Assembly: GCA_963666515.2 (NCBI GenBank)
Contig: OY762897.2
Span: forward strand, 2,848,001 to 2,912,000
Direction: 5' to 3'
DNA length: 64,000 bases
Source: Candidatus Binatia bacterium
GTDB taxonomy: Bacteria; Desulfobacterota; Binatia; UBA9968; JAJDTQ01
The translations under genes were made by a program, and so were the position numbers. A model generated the notes under the pieces. That model had not been told where the DNA came from. It saw only the letters and a program-made list of their open reading frames with translations, and did no database searches. Below, one piece after another: positions 40,025 to 49,897 of the stretch (positions are counted from its first letter, which is position 1; each line of letters starts with the position of its first letter).

Positions 40025-40609
40025 CTACCGGCTGAGCAGGCGCAAGGCCTCCTTGAGCACCGTTTCCAGCTCGGAGGCCCCCTGGTTCAGTACTTGGCGC
40101 ACGGCCCGCTCCGCATCCGCGCGCCGGTAGCCGAGATTGACCAGCGCCGACAACGCGTCGCCTCGGATGCCGGGGTCGGACGAGATTTCGGGCGCGGTTT
40201 CCGGGAGCGCGTTTATCCTATCACGCAGCTCCACGATCATGCGATCCGCCAGGCGCTTGCCCACCCCCGGAATCGACACCAGACGGGCAACGTCGCCCTC
40301 CCTGAGCGCCTCCAGCAGTTCCCCGGCGGCCATGCCCGACAGGATGTTCAGGGCCAGCCGGGGGCCGATGCCCGATACCCCGGTGAGCAGCACGAAGGCC
40401 TGCTTCTCCGCCGGGTCGAAGAAACCGAACAACTGGAGGGAGTCCTCCCGGACGTGGGTGTACACCAGCAGCGTCACCGGCTCCCCCACCTCGGGCAGCC
40501 GGTAGAACACGCTGAGGGCCGTGAAAAGCTGGTAGCCGACGCCGCCGACGTCGACGATGACCTCGCCCGGCGCCTTGTGATCCAGTATTCCGCGAACCTT
40601 AGCTATCAC
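40025..40609 (-). CDS. ruvA: Holliday junction branch migration protein RuvA
   Basis: VGGVGY, HVRED..LFGF, VSGIGP, IPGVGK, ALVNLGY. Confidence 0.97.
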   Translation of the reverse strand: MIAKVRGILDHKAPGEVIVDVGGVGYQLFTALSVFYRLPEVGEPVTLLVYTHVREDSLQLFGFFDPAEKQAFVLLTGVSGIGPRLALNILSGMAAGELLEALREGDVARLVSIPGVGKRLADRMIVELRDRINALPETAPEISSDPGIRGDALSALVNLGYRRADAERAVRQVLNQGASELETVLKEALRLLSR

Positions 40610-41171
40610 GATGAGACCCGGGCGAGAGGGACGGCAGGTCGTCCGCCTGCCAACGCAGGCCCCTCCCCCTCCGGCCCGTCGCGGCCAGGGCGCCGGTGCG
40701 GAAGGCGCGCAGATGGCCGTGGCAGATGGCGGCCGCCAGAGCGTCGGCCGCGTCCTCCTCGGGTTCCTCCGGCAGCCGCAGGATGGCCGTCACCATCTGC
40801 TGCACCTGGCCCTTGTCCGCGTGCCCGTATCCGGTCAACGCCTTCTTCACCTGGACCGCGTTGTACTCCGACACGGCGACTTCGTGTTCCGCCGCGGCCA
40901 GCAGGGCCACCCCGCGCACCTGACCGAGCTTGAGGGCACTCTGGACGTTGCGCGCCAGAAAGACCTTTTCCAGGCTGACGTGTCCGGGCTCGTGTTCCCG
41001 GATGACCTTGGCCAGCTCCGTGAATATGCGGCGGAGGCGCCGGTCCTGGGACTGGTTGGGAGCGGTCCGGACCGTGCCGTGGGCGACGTGTTGCAGGCGG
41101 GTTCCGTCCGCGCGGATCACGCCCCAGCCGGTCTTGAGGGTTCCAGGGTCTATGCCCAGGATGGTTTCGAT
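40599..41171 (-). CDS. ruvC: Crossover junction endodeoxyribonuclease RuvC (start uncertain)
   Basis: ILGIDPG, SLEKVF, VKKALTGYGHADKGQV, DAADALAAAICH. No canonical start at the expected site; ATC 41171 used. Confidence 0.92.
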   Translation of the reverse strand: METILGIDPGTLKTGWGVIRADGTRLQHVAHGTVRTAPNQSQDRRLRRIFTELAKVIREHEPGHVSLEKVFLARNVQSALKLGQVRGVALLAAAEHEVAVSEYNAVQVKKALTGYGHADKGQVQQMVTAILRLPEEPEEDAADALAAAICHGHLRAFRTGALAATGRRGRGLRWQADDLPSLSPGSHRDS

Positions 41172-41190
41172 CTTTCCTTCTCCGGAGGCG

Positions 41191-41937
41191 TCACCCGGCC
41201 TTCTCGAGGATCTCGTCCGGGATGTCGAAGTTCGCCGCGACGCTCTGAACATCGTCATGGTCTTCCAGGTCCTCGGTGAGGCTGAGGGTCTGCACGGCTT
41301 CCTTCTCGCCGAGCTTCATGGTGTTCTTGGGGATCATGGCGACCTCCGCGGACGCCACGGGGATCTTCCCGTTCTCCAGGCTCTCCCGTACCGCGGCGAA
41401 GTCCTCGGGCTGCGTGATGATCTCGAACACGCCGTCACCCTCGGTGACGTCCTCGGCGCCGGCCTCCAGGGCAACCCCCAGCAACGCTTCCTCGTCCACC
41501 GCTTCCTTGGAGACGACGATGAGGCCCTTGTTGTCGAACATCCACGCCACGCAGCCGGTCTCGCCCAGACTCCCGCCGTGCTTGTTGAACAACCGCCGGA
41601 TGTCCGACACCGTGCGGTTGCGGTTGTCGGTCAGCACCTGCACCAGGAAGGCCGCCCCGCCCGGACCGTAGCCCTCGTAGCTCGTCTCCTCATAGGACAC
41701 CCCTTCCAGCTCGCCGGTGCCCTTCTTGATGGCGCGCTCGATGTTCTCGTTGGGCATGCTGTTTTCGCGGGCGGTCTGCACCGCGGTGCGCAGGCGCGGG
41801 TTGCTCGCCACGTCGCCCCCGCCCATGCGAGCCGCCACCGTGATCTCCTTGATGAACTTGGTGAAGAGCTTGCCCCGCTTGGCGTCCTTGGCTGCCTTCT
41901 TGTGCTTGATGGTGCTCCACTTGGAATGTCCGGACAT
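41191..41937 (-). CDS. yebC: YebC/PmpR family protein
   Basis: [37 protein letters not shown]. Confidence 0.96.
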   Translation of the reverse strand: MSGHSKWSTIKHKKAAKDAKRGKLFTKFIKEITVAARMGGGDVASNPRLRTAVQTARENSMPNENIERAIKKGTGELEGVSYEETSYEGYGPGGAAFLVQVLTDNRNRTVSDIRRLFNKHGGSLGETGCVAWMFDNKGLIVVSKEAVDEEALLGVALEAGAEDVTEGDGVFEIITQPEDFAAVRESLENGKIPVASAEVAMIPKNTMKLGEKEAVQTLSLTEDLEDHDDVQSVAANFDIPDEILEKAG

Positions 41938-42147
41938 GACGCGACGCTCTCCTCGGACAGGACTGGCCCCGTGGCCGGGACCGTTTGACCGACTGGGGGA
42001 CACCGAGCGAACCGCGTCCCCGGGTCCCACAATTGGTTTGCCATACGAAAGTACCACAATCGGCACCGGCCCGTAAACGGAACCGTCCGGGACCACCGTC
42101 GTGTCCCCGCTTCCATGCGGCGCGCGTTGCGGTATAATCAGCGTCCG

Positions 42148-42840
42148 ATGGTTCCTGCACGCGTCTGGCGGTTGTGCTCCGGGTGGGCCGCCGTCCTCGT
42201 CCTTCTGCTCTCCGCCTGCGCCCCCTCGAAACCGCCGGCGCCGCCCCTGCGCGTCCCCACGCCGCCGGCGGTGCCGCTCTCGCAGGAGGGCATCGCGTCC
42301 TGGTACGGACCCGGCTTCCACGGCAAGAAGACCACCAGCGGGACCGTCTACGACCAGTACGGCATGACCGCGGCGCACCAGACGCTGCCGCTGGGCTCCA
42401 GCGTGCAGGTCACCAACCTCGCCAACGGCAAGTCGGTCACCGTGCTGATCAACGACCGGGGACCCTTCGTCAAGGGGCGGGTCATCGACCTCTCCTACGC
42501 CGCGGCCGAGGCGGTGGACATGATAGGACCGGGAACGGCGCCGGTCCGCGTGGACGTCCTGGACACCGGCGGATACCCGCTCACGGCCATTCCCGACCGC
42601 CTCGACTACACCTTGCAGGTGGGGGCGTTCCTGGACCTGGCAAAGGCCCGCGAGATGAAGGACCGGCTCGAGAGCCGCTACGACAGGACGGTGGTGATCG
42701 AGCCCCACGAGGGCTACCACCGGGTGCGCCTCGGCACCTTCGCCGGCGAGGACGCAGCACGGGAGTACGGCGCCCGCCTTTCCGACGAAGGGTTGCCGGT
42801 GGTGATCGTCGAGGTGTGGCCGCGGGTGGCGGAGGAGTGA
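42148..42840 (+). CDS. rlpA: Septal ring lytic transglycosylase RlpA (with SPOR domain)
   Basis: Lipobox [38 protein letters not shown]. Confidence 0.93.
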   Translation: MVPARVWRLCSGWAAVLVLLLSACAPSKPPAPPLRVPTPPAVPLSQEGIASWYGPGFHGKKTTSGTVYDQYGMTAAHQTLPLGSSVQVTNLANGKSVTVLINDRGPFVKGRVIDLSYAAAEAVDMIGPGTAPVRVDVLDTGGYPLTAIPDRLDYTLQVGAFLDLAKAREMKDRLESRYDRTVVIEPHEGYHRVRLGTFAGEDAAREYGARLSDEGLPVVIVEVWPRVAEE

Positions 42841-42877
42841 GGGCGCCGCGACAGCATCCGCCTGCCCGGAACCGCGG

Positions 42878-43687
42878 TCAACGTGGGAAGTACCGGTCCC
42901 CCTCCCGATGGACCCGTTCCTCGGCTACAAGCTTCAGGAGGTGCGCCTCGACGGAGGAATGGGCAACGCGCATGAGCGCGGGCGGGTAGTCCACGTAGAT
43001 GGCCGCCACCAGTTCGCCGATGGAGCGGCGTCCGTCGCGCAGACCCTGGAGGATCTGGTCCTCGCGCATCAGCCGGTGGTCGATGTACTCGCGGATCTTG
43101 GCCATGGGGTCGGTCACGAACGGGCCGTGGCCGGGAAGCAGCAGGCGGATGTCGAGCGAAAGGAGCTTCTCGAGGGACTCCATGTAGTGGACCATGTTCC
43201 CTTCGCCGGCCGGCACCACGGTGGTGCCCTTGCCCAGGATGTGGTCGCCCGCGAAGAGAATCTTGCGCTCGCGCTCGTAGAAGCAGCAGTGCCCGGCCTC
43301 GTGCCCCGGGGTGAACACCACCTCCAGTTCGCCGCCGTCATAGGGGATGCGGTCGCCCTCGTCGTAGGTGAAGTCCTCGCCGCCGAGATGGCCGGCGCGC
43401 ACCCGTGAGATGCCCACCTCGGCACCGGTGCGCTCCTTGAGCGCCAGCGCCCCGCCGCAGTGGTCCATGTGAATGTGGGTCAGCAGGATGCGGGTGATGC
43501 GTGTCCCGCCCAGCGCCTCCATTTCGGCCAGCAGCCCATTGATGTTGTCCTCCGAACCGAGGGCGACGTCGATGACGGTGATGTCCCGGCGGCCCAGGAG
43601 GTACTGGTTGGTGCCCCGGAGGGTCATGTAGCCGGGGTTGGTAGCAGTGAGGCAGCGAATGTTCTCGGCGTTCTCTACCGTGGGCAT
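42878..43687 (-). CDS. MBL-fold metallo-hydrolase (LACTB2-like)
   Basis: [32 protein letters not shown]. Confidence 0.9.
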   Translation of the reverse strand: MPTVENAENIRCLTATNPGYMTLRGTNQYLLGRRDITVIDVALGSEDNINGLLAEMEALGGTRITRILLTHIHMDHCGGALALKERTGAEVGISRVRAGHLGGEDFTYDEGDRIPYDGGELEVVFTPGHEAGHCCFYERERKILFAGDHILGKGTTVVPAGEGNMVHYMESLEKLLSLDIRLLLPGHGPFVTDPMAKIREYIDHRLMREDQILQGLRDGRRSIGELVAAIYVDYPPALMRVAHSSVEAHLLKLVAEERVHREGDRYFPR

Positions 43688-43775
43688 GGGCGGTTATTCC
43701 TTGTAGCCGGTCGCAGGCGGGTTCTGCACTGCCCCTGCGTGTCTCTCCATGGGGCGGCGTCGATACCCCTGCACC

Positions 43776-44648
43776 TCATGTGCCGGAAAGCGCCTCGGCC
43801 AGTTCCAGCGTCCGGCGTGCCCGCTCGATGATGGGGCGGTCGATGAGCTGGCCGCCGAAGGCCACCGAGCCGTCGCCGCGGGCCTGGGCCTCCTCGTACG
43901 CTTCGATGACCCTTCGGGCGTAGTCGATCTCGTCGGCGCCCGGGCTGAAGGCGGCGTTGATGGGCGCGATCTGGGCCGGATGGATCGACGACATGCCGGT
44001 GAAGCCCAGGCGCCGCGACTGCAGCGCGAACCGCGCCAGTCCGTCCGGGTCCTGGAGGTCCACCCAGACGCCGTCCACGGCCTGGACGTGGGCGGAGGCC
44101 GCGGCCACCACCAGCGCCGAGCGCGCGTAGAGCAATTCCTGCGCCTCCCCCTCGCGGGCGGCGGGCAGCCCCAGCTCCCGGCCGAAGTCCTCCGCGCCGA
44201 ACATGAGCCCGACCACGCGCGGCGAGCACGCGGCGATGGCCGGCGCCGCCAGCAGCCCCCGCGGGCTCTCGATGGCCACCAGCAGCCTCACGGTCGTGCC
44301 CGTGGACGCCTCGTGCTCCGCCACCAGCGACTCGACGGTCGCGATCTCTTCCGGCGACTCCACCTTGGGCAGCACGAGCCCGTCGAGCCCCGGGCGCAGC
44401 ACCGCGGCCAGGTCGTCCGCCATGCGCTGGTGCCCGATGGCGTTGATGCGCACGTAGCGCAAGGGCTGTCCCGGGCTCCGCTCCCGGCCCAGGGCCTCGC
44501 CGATGAGCTGCCGCGCCTGGTCCTTCTCCGCCGGCGCCACGCCGTCCTCGATGTCCAGCATCAGCGCATCGGCGTCCAGCCCCAGGGCCTTGTCGATCAT
44601 CCGCTGCCGGTGCCCCGGCACGAACATCCAGGAACGTTGAAGAGCCAT
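43776..44648 (-). CDS. CitE/HpcH family CoA-ester lyase (citramalyl-CoA lyase-like)
   Basis: RSWMFVPG, DIEDGV, VRIN, LPKVE, IES, FGAED, IHP.Q, IDRP. Confidence 0.88.
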   Translation of the reverse strand: MALQRSWMFVPGHRQRMIDKALGLDADALMLDIEDGVAPAEKDQARQLIGEALGRERSPGQPLRYVRINAIGHQRMADDLAAVLRPGLDGLVLPKVESPEEIATVESLVAEHEASTGTTVRLLVAIESPRGLLAAPAIAACSPRVVGLMFGAEDFGRELGLPAAREGEAQELLYARSALVVAAASAHVQAVDGVWVDLQDPDGLARFALQSRRLGFTGMSSIHPAQIAPINAAFSPGADEIDYARRVIEAYEEAQARGDGSVAFGGQLIDRPIIERARRTLELAEALSGT

Positions 44649-44713
44649 ACGATCTGTCCTGTCGCCACCGCCGGCGCGTCGTGCGCCGGATCGAACCGCA
44701 GGAGGCGAAGTTT

Positions 44714-44738
44714 GTAGGGGCGGGTTTCAAACCCGCCC
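44714..44738. repeat. REP-like palindrome (GTAG-type)
   Basis: GTAGGGGCGGGTTT-C-AAACCCGCCC intergenic hairpin. Confidence 0.65.
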
Positions 44739-44788
44739 GCGCCCCCATCGTGCCGCCAGCCGGGCTCCCGGCGGTTCCGAGCTTTGTC

Positions 44789-45952
44789 TCAATACGACCG
44801 CGGCATCCCCAGCACGTGCTGGCCCAGGTAGGCCAACACCAGGTTGTTGCTCACCGGCGCGATAGTCAGCAGCCGGGTCTCGCGGAACTTGCGCTCCACG
44901 TCGTAGTCCACCGACAGCCCGTAGCCGCCGTGGGTGGTCATGCAGGCGTTGGCCGCCTCCCACGCGGCTTCCGAGGCCAGCAGCTTGGCCATGTTGGCCT
45001 CGGCGCCGCAGCGCTCGCTGCGGTCGAACTTCGAGGCCGCGTGCCAGCGCACCAGGTCCGCGGCCTCGATGTGGGCGTAGGCCTGGACGATGGGGAACTG
45101 GATGCCCTGGTTGGCGCCGATGGGCCGGCCGAAAACCTCCCGCTCGCCGGCGTAGCGCGACGCCCGCTCCACGAACCAGCGGCCGTCCCCCACCGCCTCC
45201 GCGGCGATCAGCACGCGCTCGGCGTTCCAGCCGTCGATGATGTAGCGGAACCCCATGCCCTCCTCGCCGATGAGGTTCTCCGCCGGCACCTCCAGGTCGG
45301 AGAAGAAGAGCGCGTTGGTGTGATGGTTGATCATCATGTCCAGCGGCTTCACTTCCAGCGCGCCACCGGCTTCCCGGAGGTCCACCAGGAACGCCGACAG
45401 GCCGCGGGTCTTGTCCGTCAGCTCGTCGTAGGGCGTGGTGCGGGCCAGCAGCAGCATGAGGTCGGACTGGAGCACCCGGGAGATGAATATCTTCTGCCCG
45501 TTGACCACGTAGCGGTCGCCCTTGCGCACCGCGGTGGTGCGGATGCGCGTGGTCTCGGTGCCGGAGTCGGGCTCGGTGACTCCGAACGCCTGGAGACGAA
45601 GCTCGCCGCCGGCCACGCCGGGCAAGTAGCGCCGCTTCTGCTCCTCGCTGCCGTGCCGCAGCACCGTGCCCATGGTGTACATCTGCGCGTGGCAGGCGGT
45701 GGCGTTTCCGCCCCAGCGGTTGATCTCCTCCAGGATGATGCTCGCCTCGGTGATGCCGAGGCCGATGCCGCCGTACTCCTCCGGGATCAGCGCCGCCAGC
45801 CAACCCAGCTCCGTGAGCCTGCGCACGAACGCCTCCGGATACTCGCCCTTGGCGTCCACTTCCCGCCAGTAGGGGTCGGAGAAGTCCTGGCAGACCTTGC
45901 GGATCTCCTCCCGGAGCTGCACTTGGTCGTCGGTGAGGGTGAAATCCATCAT
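44789..45952 (-). CDS. Acyl-CoA dehydrogenase
   Basis: IPEEYGG, HAQMYTMG, FGVTEP, NGQK, R.VFGRPIGANQGIQF, HGGYG..YDVERKFRE. Confidence 0.93.
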   Translation of the reverse strand: MMDFTLTDDQVQLREEIRKVCQDFSDPYWREVDAKGEYPEAFVRRLTELGWLAALIPEEYGGIGLGITEASIILEEINRWGGNATACHAQMYTMGTVLRHGSEEQKRRYLPGVAGGELRLQAFGVTEPDSGTETTRIRTTAVRKGDRYVVNGQKIFISRVLQSDLMLLLARTTPYDELTDKTRGLSAFLVDLREAGGALEVKPLDMMINHHTNALFFSDLEVPAENLIGEEGMGFRYIIDGWNAERVLIAAEAVGDGRWFVERASRYAGEREVFGRPIGANQGIQFPIVQAYAHIEAADLVRWHAASKFDRSERCGAEANMAKLLASEAAWEAANACMTTHGGYGLSVDYDVERKFRETRLLTIAPVSNNLVLAYLGQHVLGMPRSY

Positions 45953-46087
45953 GGGTACCGCCACTATACTACACGGACGCTGCTCGCGAATGCCAGTTCG
46001 GCGCAGCCGCTCGAAACCCCCTTCGCCGATGCCCCTCTGACCCCCGGCTTGGCAAAGCCCGAAGGCAGGCGCGATGGGGACGGCGCG

Positions 46088-47233
46088 TCAGACGATCTCA
46101 CCGGCATGCAGCATGCGCAGGAACTCGTCGTAGCGCATGACGTCGATGCCGTCGATGCGGCGGCGGTCGGCTTCCGCGGTGACGACGATCGCCCTGCGCG
46201 GCGCGAATTCCTCCACGAAGGCCCTGATGGGCCGCAGGTCGCCGCTGCGCACACGGCCCTTGACTTCCAGCGCCACCGCGCCGCGGTCGAGCACGAAATC
46301 GACCTCCAGCCCGCTCTTGGTACGCCAGAACTCGATGGCGTAGTCCTTTTCCTGGTAGCCGCGTGCGGCGATGATCTCCAGCAACAGGAAGTGCTCGAAG
46401 GCGCGGCCGAACTCCGCTCCCGCGGCGCCGGTCACGGTCCTCCCGCAGACCTGCCCGGCCACGCCGACGTCGAAAAGATAGAACTTCGGCGCCGCCGAGA
46501 TGCTCTGGCGGCCGGCGCGGCGGTGGAACGGGTAGATCAGGTAACCGACGAGCGTGTCTTGCAGAATCTCGAAGTAGGTGCGCACGGTTTTCGCGTCAAC
46601 GCCGCAGTCCCGGGCGATGGCCGCGTAGTTCAGCAACTCGCCGTGGCAGAACCGCAATGCCTCGAAGAACCGCGTGAAGGCGGCGGTGTTCCGGGTCAGG
46701 CCCTCGTTGATGATCTCCTGGGTGAGATAGTCGCGCACATAGGCGACCAGCGACCGTCGAAAGCGCGGCTCGGTGTAGATGCCGGGGAGCAGGCCGCGGT
46801 TCAATGCCCGCAGGAGATCGAAATCCGGTATCTCCGACCACGTGAGGGGAAACATCTCGAAGCGCCAGGCGCGGCCGCCCAGCAGGTTGACTCCGGCGCG
46901 CTTCAGCTTGCGGGCACTGGAGCCGCAGAGCACGAACGACAGGCGGTGGGTCTCGATCAGCCGGTGCACCTCGTCGAGCAGGCCCGGTGCTTTCTGGATT
47001 TCGTCGATAATCACGGGATGGACAGCGGTTTCGGGCGCGGATAGCAGCTCCTCGCCAAGCCGGGAAGGGCGGGCGCCAAGGCGCAGCACGGTATCCGCGT
47101 CGAGCAGGTCGATGTATGTGCTGGCCGGGAACCGCTCACGGAGGAACGTGGATTTACCGGTTTGCCGCGCTCCCCAGAGGAACGCGGAGCGCCCCGGAGG
47201 CAGATCGATGGAAAGGCGTCGGTGAAAACTCAT
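46088..47233 (-). CDS. AAA+ ATPase with C-terminal DUF4143 (COG1373-like)
   Basis: GARQTGKST, IIDEIQK, GSSARKL..LLGGRA, KFYLFDVG, EVDF..EVK. Confidence 0.88.
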   Translation of the reverse strand: MSFHRRLSIDLPPGRSAFLWGARQTGKSTFLRERFPASTYIDLLDADTVLRLGARPSRLGEELLSAPETAVHPVIIDEIQKAPGLLDEVHRLIETHRLSFVLCGSSARKLKRAGVNLLGGRAWRFEMFPLTWSEIPDFDLLRALNRGLLPGIYTEPRFRRSLVAYVRDYLTQEIINEGLTRNTAAFTRFFEALRFCHGELLNYAAIARDCGVDAKTVRTYFEILQDTLVGYLIYPFHRRAGRQSISAAPKFYLFDVGVAGQVCGRTVTGAAGAEFGRAFEHFLLLEIIAARGYQEKDYAIEFWRTKSGLEVDFVLDRGAVALEVKGRVRSGDLRPIRAFVEEFAPRRAIVVTAEADRRRIDGIDVMRYDEFLRMLHAGEIV

Positions 47234-47416
47234 CAACAATGTAGCCCTGATTGGTTAGACCAATATGGATGATATTCCCGATTGGTACTGGATGCAACCA
47301 CCGGCGCACAGCTTGCCCTTCCCGCGCAATCGCGACCCATTCTTGAAGTCGGAAAATTCTCAAGCGCGAAAGCCGGAGGGTCTTTCCCCGATTCCTGTTG
47401 AACGGCATCACGGCTC

Positions 47417-48481
47417 ATGGCAAGCTCTGGAAACGTCATCATGAGCCACTCCGTCAGGATACACGCCGTCATGAGCGGACTTGCCGTCATCGCTGGAGTT
47501 GCGGCGCTGGCGGCGGCCGTCCTTGCCCCCCGCGGAGCGGAATCCGCCATGTGCACGGACGGAACCCGCGTCCTGCGGGTGGGTTTCTATTCCGACTTCA
47601 AACCCGTCAGCTACAGCGCGGACCTCGCCCCCGGTTCCCTCGGGTTCGACGTTCACCGCGGTTACGAAGCCGACCTGCTGACCGCGCTGGAAGCCCTGAA
47701 GGGGGCCGGGCTGTCGTTCTCCCGCCGCGGCATCGGCAATCCTTTCAGCGGCATCTGGCTCAAGGCCGCGCGCCCGGAATTCGATATCGTCGGCGGCGGC
47801 ATCACCGTCCGCGAGGACCGCACCCGCAACGAGACCGGTGACCGGGTAATCCGGTTCACCGCGGGACACATCTCGTTCCTGCAGACCCTTCTGGTGCGCG
47901 CGGAGGACGCCGCGCGGCTCGACGGCCACGACAAGCTCACCAGCACCCACCGCGTCGGCGCCGTCGCACAAACCACCGGAGAGGAACGCCTGCTGCAATT
48001 GACCGGCATCACCGGCGAGAACGGCGTGCTGGTGGCCGGCACGAAGGTTTCGATGGAGGGCGGAGCGGTGGTGGTAGCCGACGGCAAGCGCCACTTCGTC
48101 ACTGCGGCGAGGGCGTCGGGTGGTCTGGAGAAGCGGCGGTCCATCAGCCCGGCGGGCCCGACCATGCCGCAGGTGAGGTACTACGATCTCGAAAAGGAAC
48201 TGCTGGACGCTCTGGCCGACGGCGAGATCGACGCAGTGGCAAGGGGGAACATCGGCAACCGCGACGCCAGCGCGGCGTCGGGCCGCGCCCTGGTGATCGC
48301 GGCGCGAGACCCCGATCCCGCCAAGCGCGAGCGCGGAGGCTTTGCGCTGGACGCCGCGGACGCCGCGCTGGCGGCCTGCCTCGACGAGAAGATCAACCTG
48401 CTGACCGATAACGGACGCATCGACTATCCGCAGTGGAAGGCCAACCCGTCAGTGTTCATGGAGCGCGCCCGGAAGTTTTGA
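47417..48481 (+). CDS. Periplasmic substrate-binding protein (family 3-like)
   Basis: Signal peptide, LRVG..DFKP.SY, GYEADL, GGIT..EDR, LADGEIDA. Confidence 0.75.
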   Translation: MASSGNVIMSHSVRIHAVMSGLAVIAGVAALAAAVLAPRGAESAMCTDGTRVLRVGFYSDFKPVSYSADLAPGSLGFDVHRGYEADLLTALEALKGAGLSFSRRGIGNPFSGIWLKAARPEFDIVGGGITVREDRTRNETGDRVIRFTAGHISFLQTLLVRAEDAARLDGHDKLTSTHRVGAVAQTTGEERLLQLTGITGENGVLVAGTKVSMEGGAVVVADGKRHFVTAARASGGLEKRRSISPAGPTMPQVRYYDLEKELLDALADGEIDAVARGNIGNRDASAASGRALVIAARDPDPAKRERGGFALDAADAALAACLDEKINLLTDNGRIDYPQWKANPSVFMERARKF

Positions 48482-49254
48482 GCCAGGACGATGACAGGAC
48501 TGATGTCGCGACGCCCCGGTTCGTTGTCGGTTTGGCCGGAATGTGTTTCGCTCTGGCCCTGACGGCTGCGAGCCTCGGAGCGCAGCCGCCGGTGGCGCTC
48601 GATGTCGGAAATTTCTCGGCCGCGGAAGCCGGCGGACCTTTCCCGGATCCCTGGGAGCCGCTCACCTTCGACAAGATCGAAAAGCACACGGAATACTCAC
48701 TGGTAGCAGACAACGGAGTGGTGGCGGTCAAGGCGGTGAGCCGGGGCTCGGCCTCGGGACTGGTGCGCAAGGTGGACATCGACCCGATGCGGTATCCCGT
48801 CATCGAATGGCGGTGGAAGGTCGAGAACATCCTGAAGAAGGGCGACGTCACCCGGAGAGACGGCGACGACTACCCCGCCCGCGTGTACGTCACGTTCAAG
48901 TATGACGGCAGCAAGGTGGGATTTTTCGAGCGGGCGAAGTACGAGGCCATCCGGCTCGCCCGCGGGGAATACCCGCCCATGGGAGCCATCACGTACATCT
49001 GGGAGAGCAGGAGCCCGGTGGGAACCATGGTCCCCAATCCCTACACCGACCGAGTCAAGATGATCGTGCTGGAAAGTGGAACGGAGAAGGTCGGCCGCTG
49101 GGTCAACGAATCCCGGAACCTCGTCGAAGACTACCGGAAGGCGTTCGGCGGAGACCCGCCGCGGATTTCCGGTGTGGCCCTGATGACCGACACCGACAAC
49201 ACCGGGGAGTCGGCGGTGGCCTGGTTCGGGGATATCGTGTTCAAGGCGCGGTGA
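48478..49254 (+). CDS. DUF3047 family secreted protein (start uncertain)
   Basis: SASGL, WRWKV, DDYPARVYV.F, YIW, RNLVEDYRKAFG, MTDTDNT..A.AWFGDI. Confidence 0.85.
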   Translation: MSQDDDRTDVATPRFVVGLAGMCFALALTAASLGAQPPVALDVGNFSAAEAGGPFPDPWEPLTFDKIEKHTEYSLVADNGVVAVKAVSRGSASGLVRKVDIDPMRYPVIEWRWKVENILKKGDVTRRDGDDYPARVYVTFKYDGSKVGFFERAKYEAIRLARGEYPPMGAITYIWESRSPVGTMVPNPYTDRVKMIVLESGTEKVGRWVNESRNLVEDYRKAFGGDPPRISGVALMTDTDNTGESAVAWFGDIVFKAR

Positions 49255-49277
49255 CCGGTGGCCTGTGCTACGCTTGC

Positions 49278-49309
49278 GTCGGGTTGCGCCTTCGGCTAAC
49301 CCGACCTGC
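49278..49309. repeat. REP-like palindrome
   Basis: GTCGGGTT-GCGCCTTCGGCT-AACCCGAC-CTGC intergenic hairpin. Confidence 0.6.
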
Positions 49310-49345
49310 ATCGGGCTGGAGAACTCGTCTGGAAGGAGGTCGCTC

Positions 49346-49852
49346 ATGGCAGTCGTGAAGGGCTGGGAAGGCCGCTACTTCGAGGACTTCAACGTCGGCG
49401 ACGTATACCGGTGCCGTGTCGGGCGCACGGTGACCGAGAACGACAACATCTGGTTCACGCTGCTCACCAACAACAGCAACCAGATCCACTTCAACAACGA
49501 GTACGGCAAGCGCACCGAGTTCGGCAAGTGCCTGATCAACAGCGCCCTGACCCTGGCCATCGTGGCGGGCATGGGTGTGGCCGACGTGAGCGAGAACGGC
49601 TTCGCCCTGGGCTGGGACCAGATCACGCTGCCCAACCCGCTGTTCGCCGGCGACACGCTGTACTCCGAGTCCGAGGTGATGGAGAAGCGCGACTCCAGGT
49701 CCAAGCCCCAGTGGGGCATCGTCAAGGTCCGCACCCGGGGCGTCCAGCAGGAGGGCAAGGTCGTCATCGACTACACCCGCAGCGTCATGGTCTGGCGCAA
49801 GGAGTTCGCGCCGCGGCGGGACATCTTCCCGGAGATCGTCGATGGTGAGTAG
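49346..49852 (+). CDS. MaoC family (R)-hydratase (RipB-like)
   Basis: AAGGAGG RBS; GRYFEDF.VGD, GRTVTENDNIWFTLLT.N...IHF, PLFAGDTLY.ESEV. Confidence 0.88.
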   Translation: MAVVKGWEGRYFEDFNVGDVYRCRVGRTVTENDNIWFTLLTNNSNQIHFNNEYGKRTEFGKCLINSALTLAIVAGMGVADVSENGFALGWDQITLPNPLFAGDTLYSESEVMEKRDSRSKPQWGIVKVRTRGVQQEGKVVIDYTRSVMVWRKEFAPRRDIFPEIVDGE

Positions 49853-49897
49853 GCGGGCACGCGAAGGCGGCGGGCGCCCGTCCGTGGCGCACGGAGC

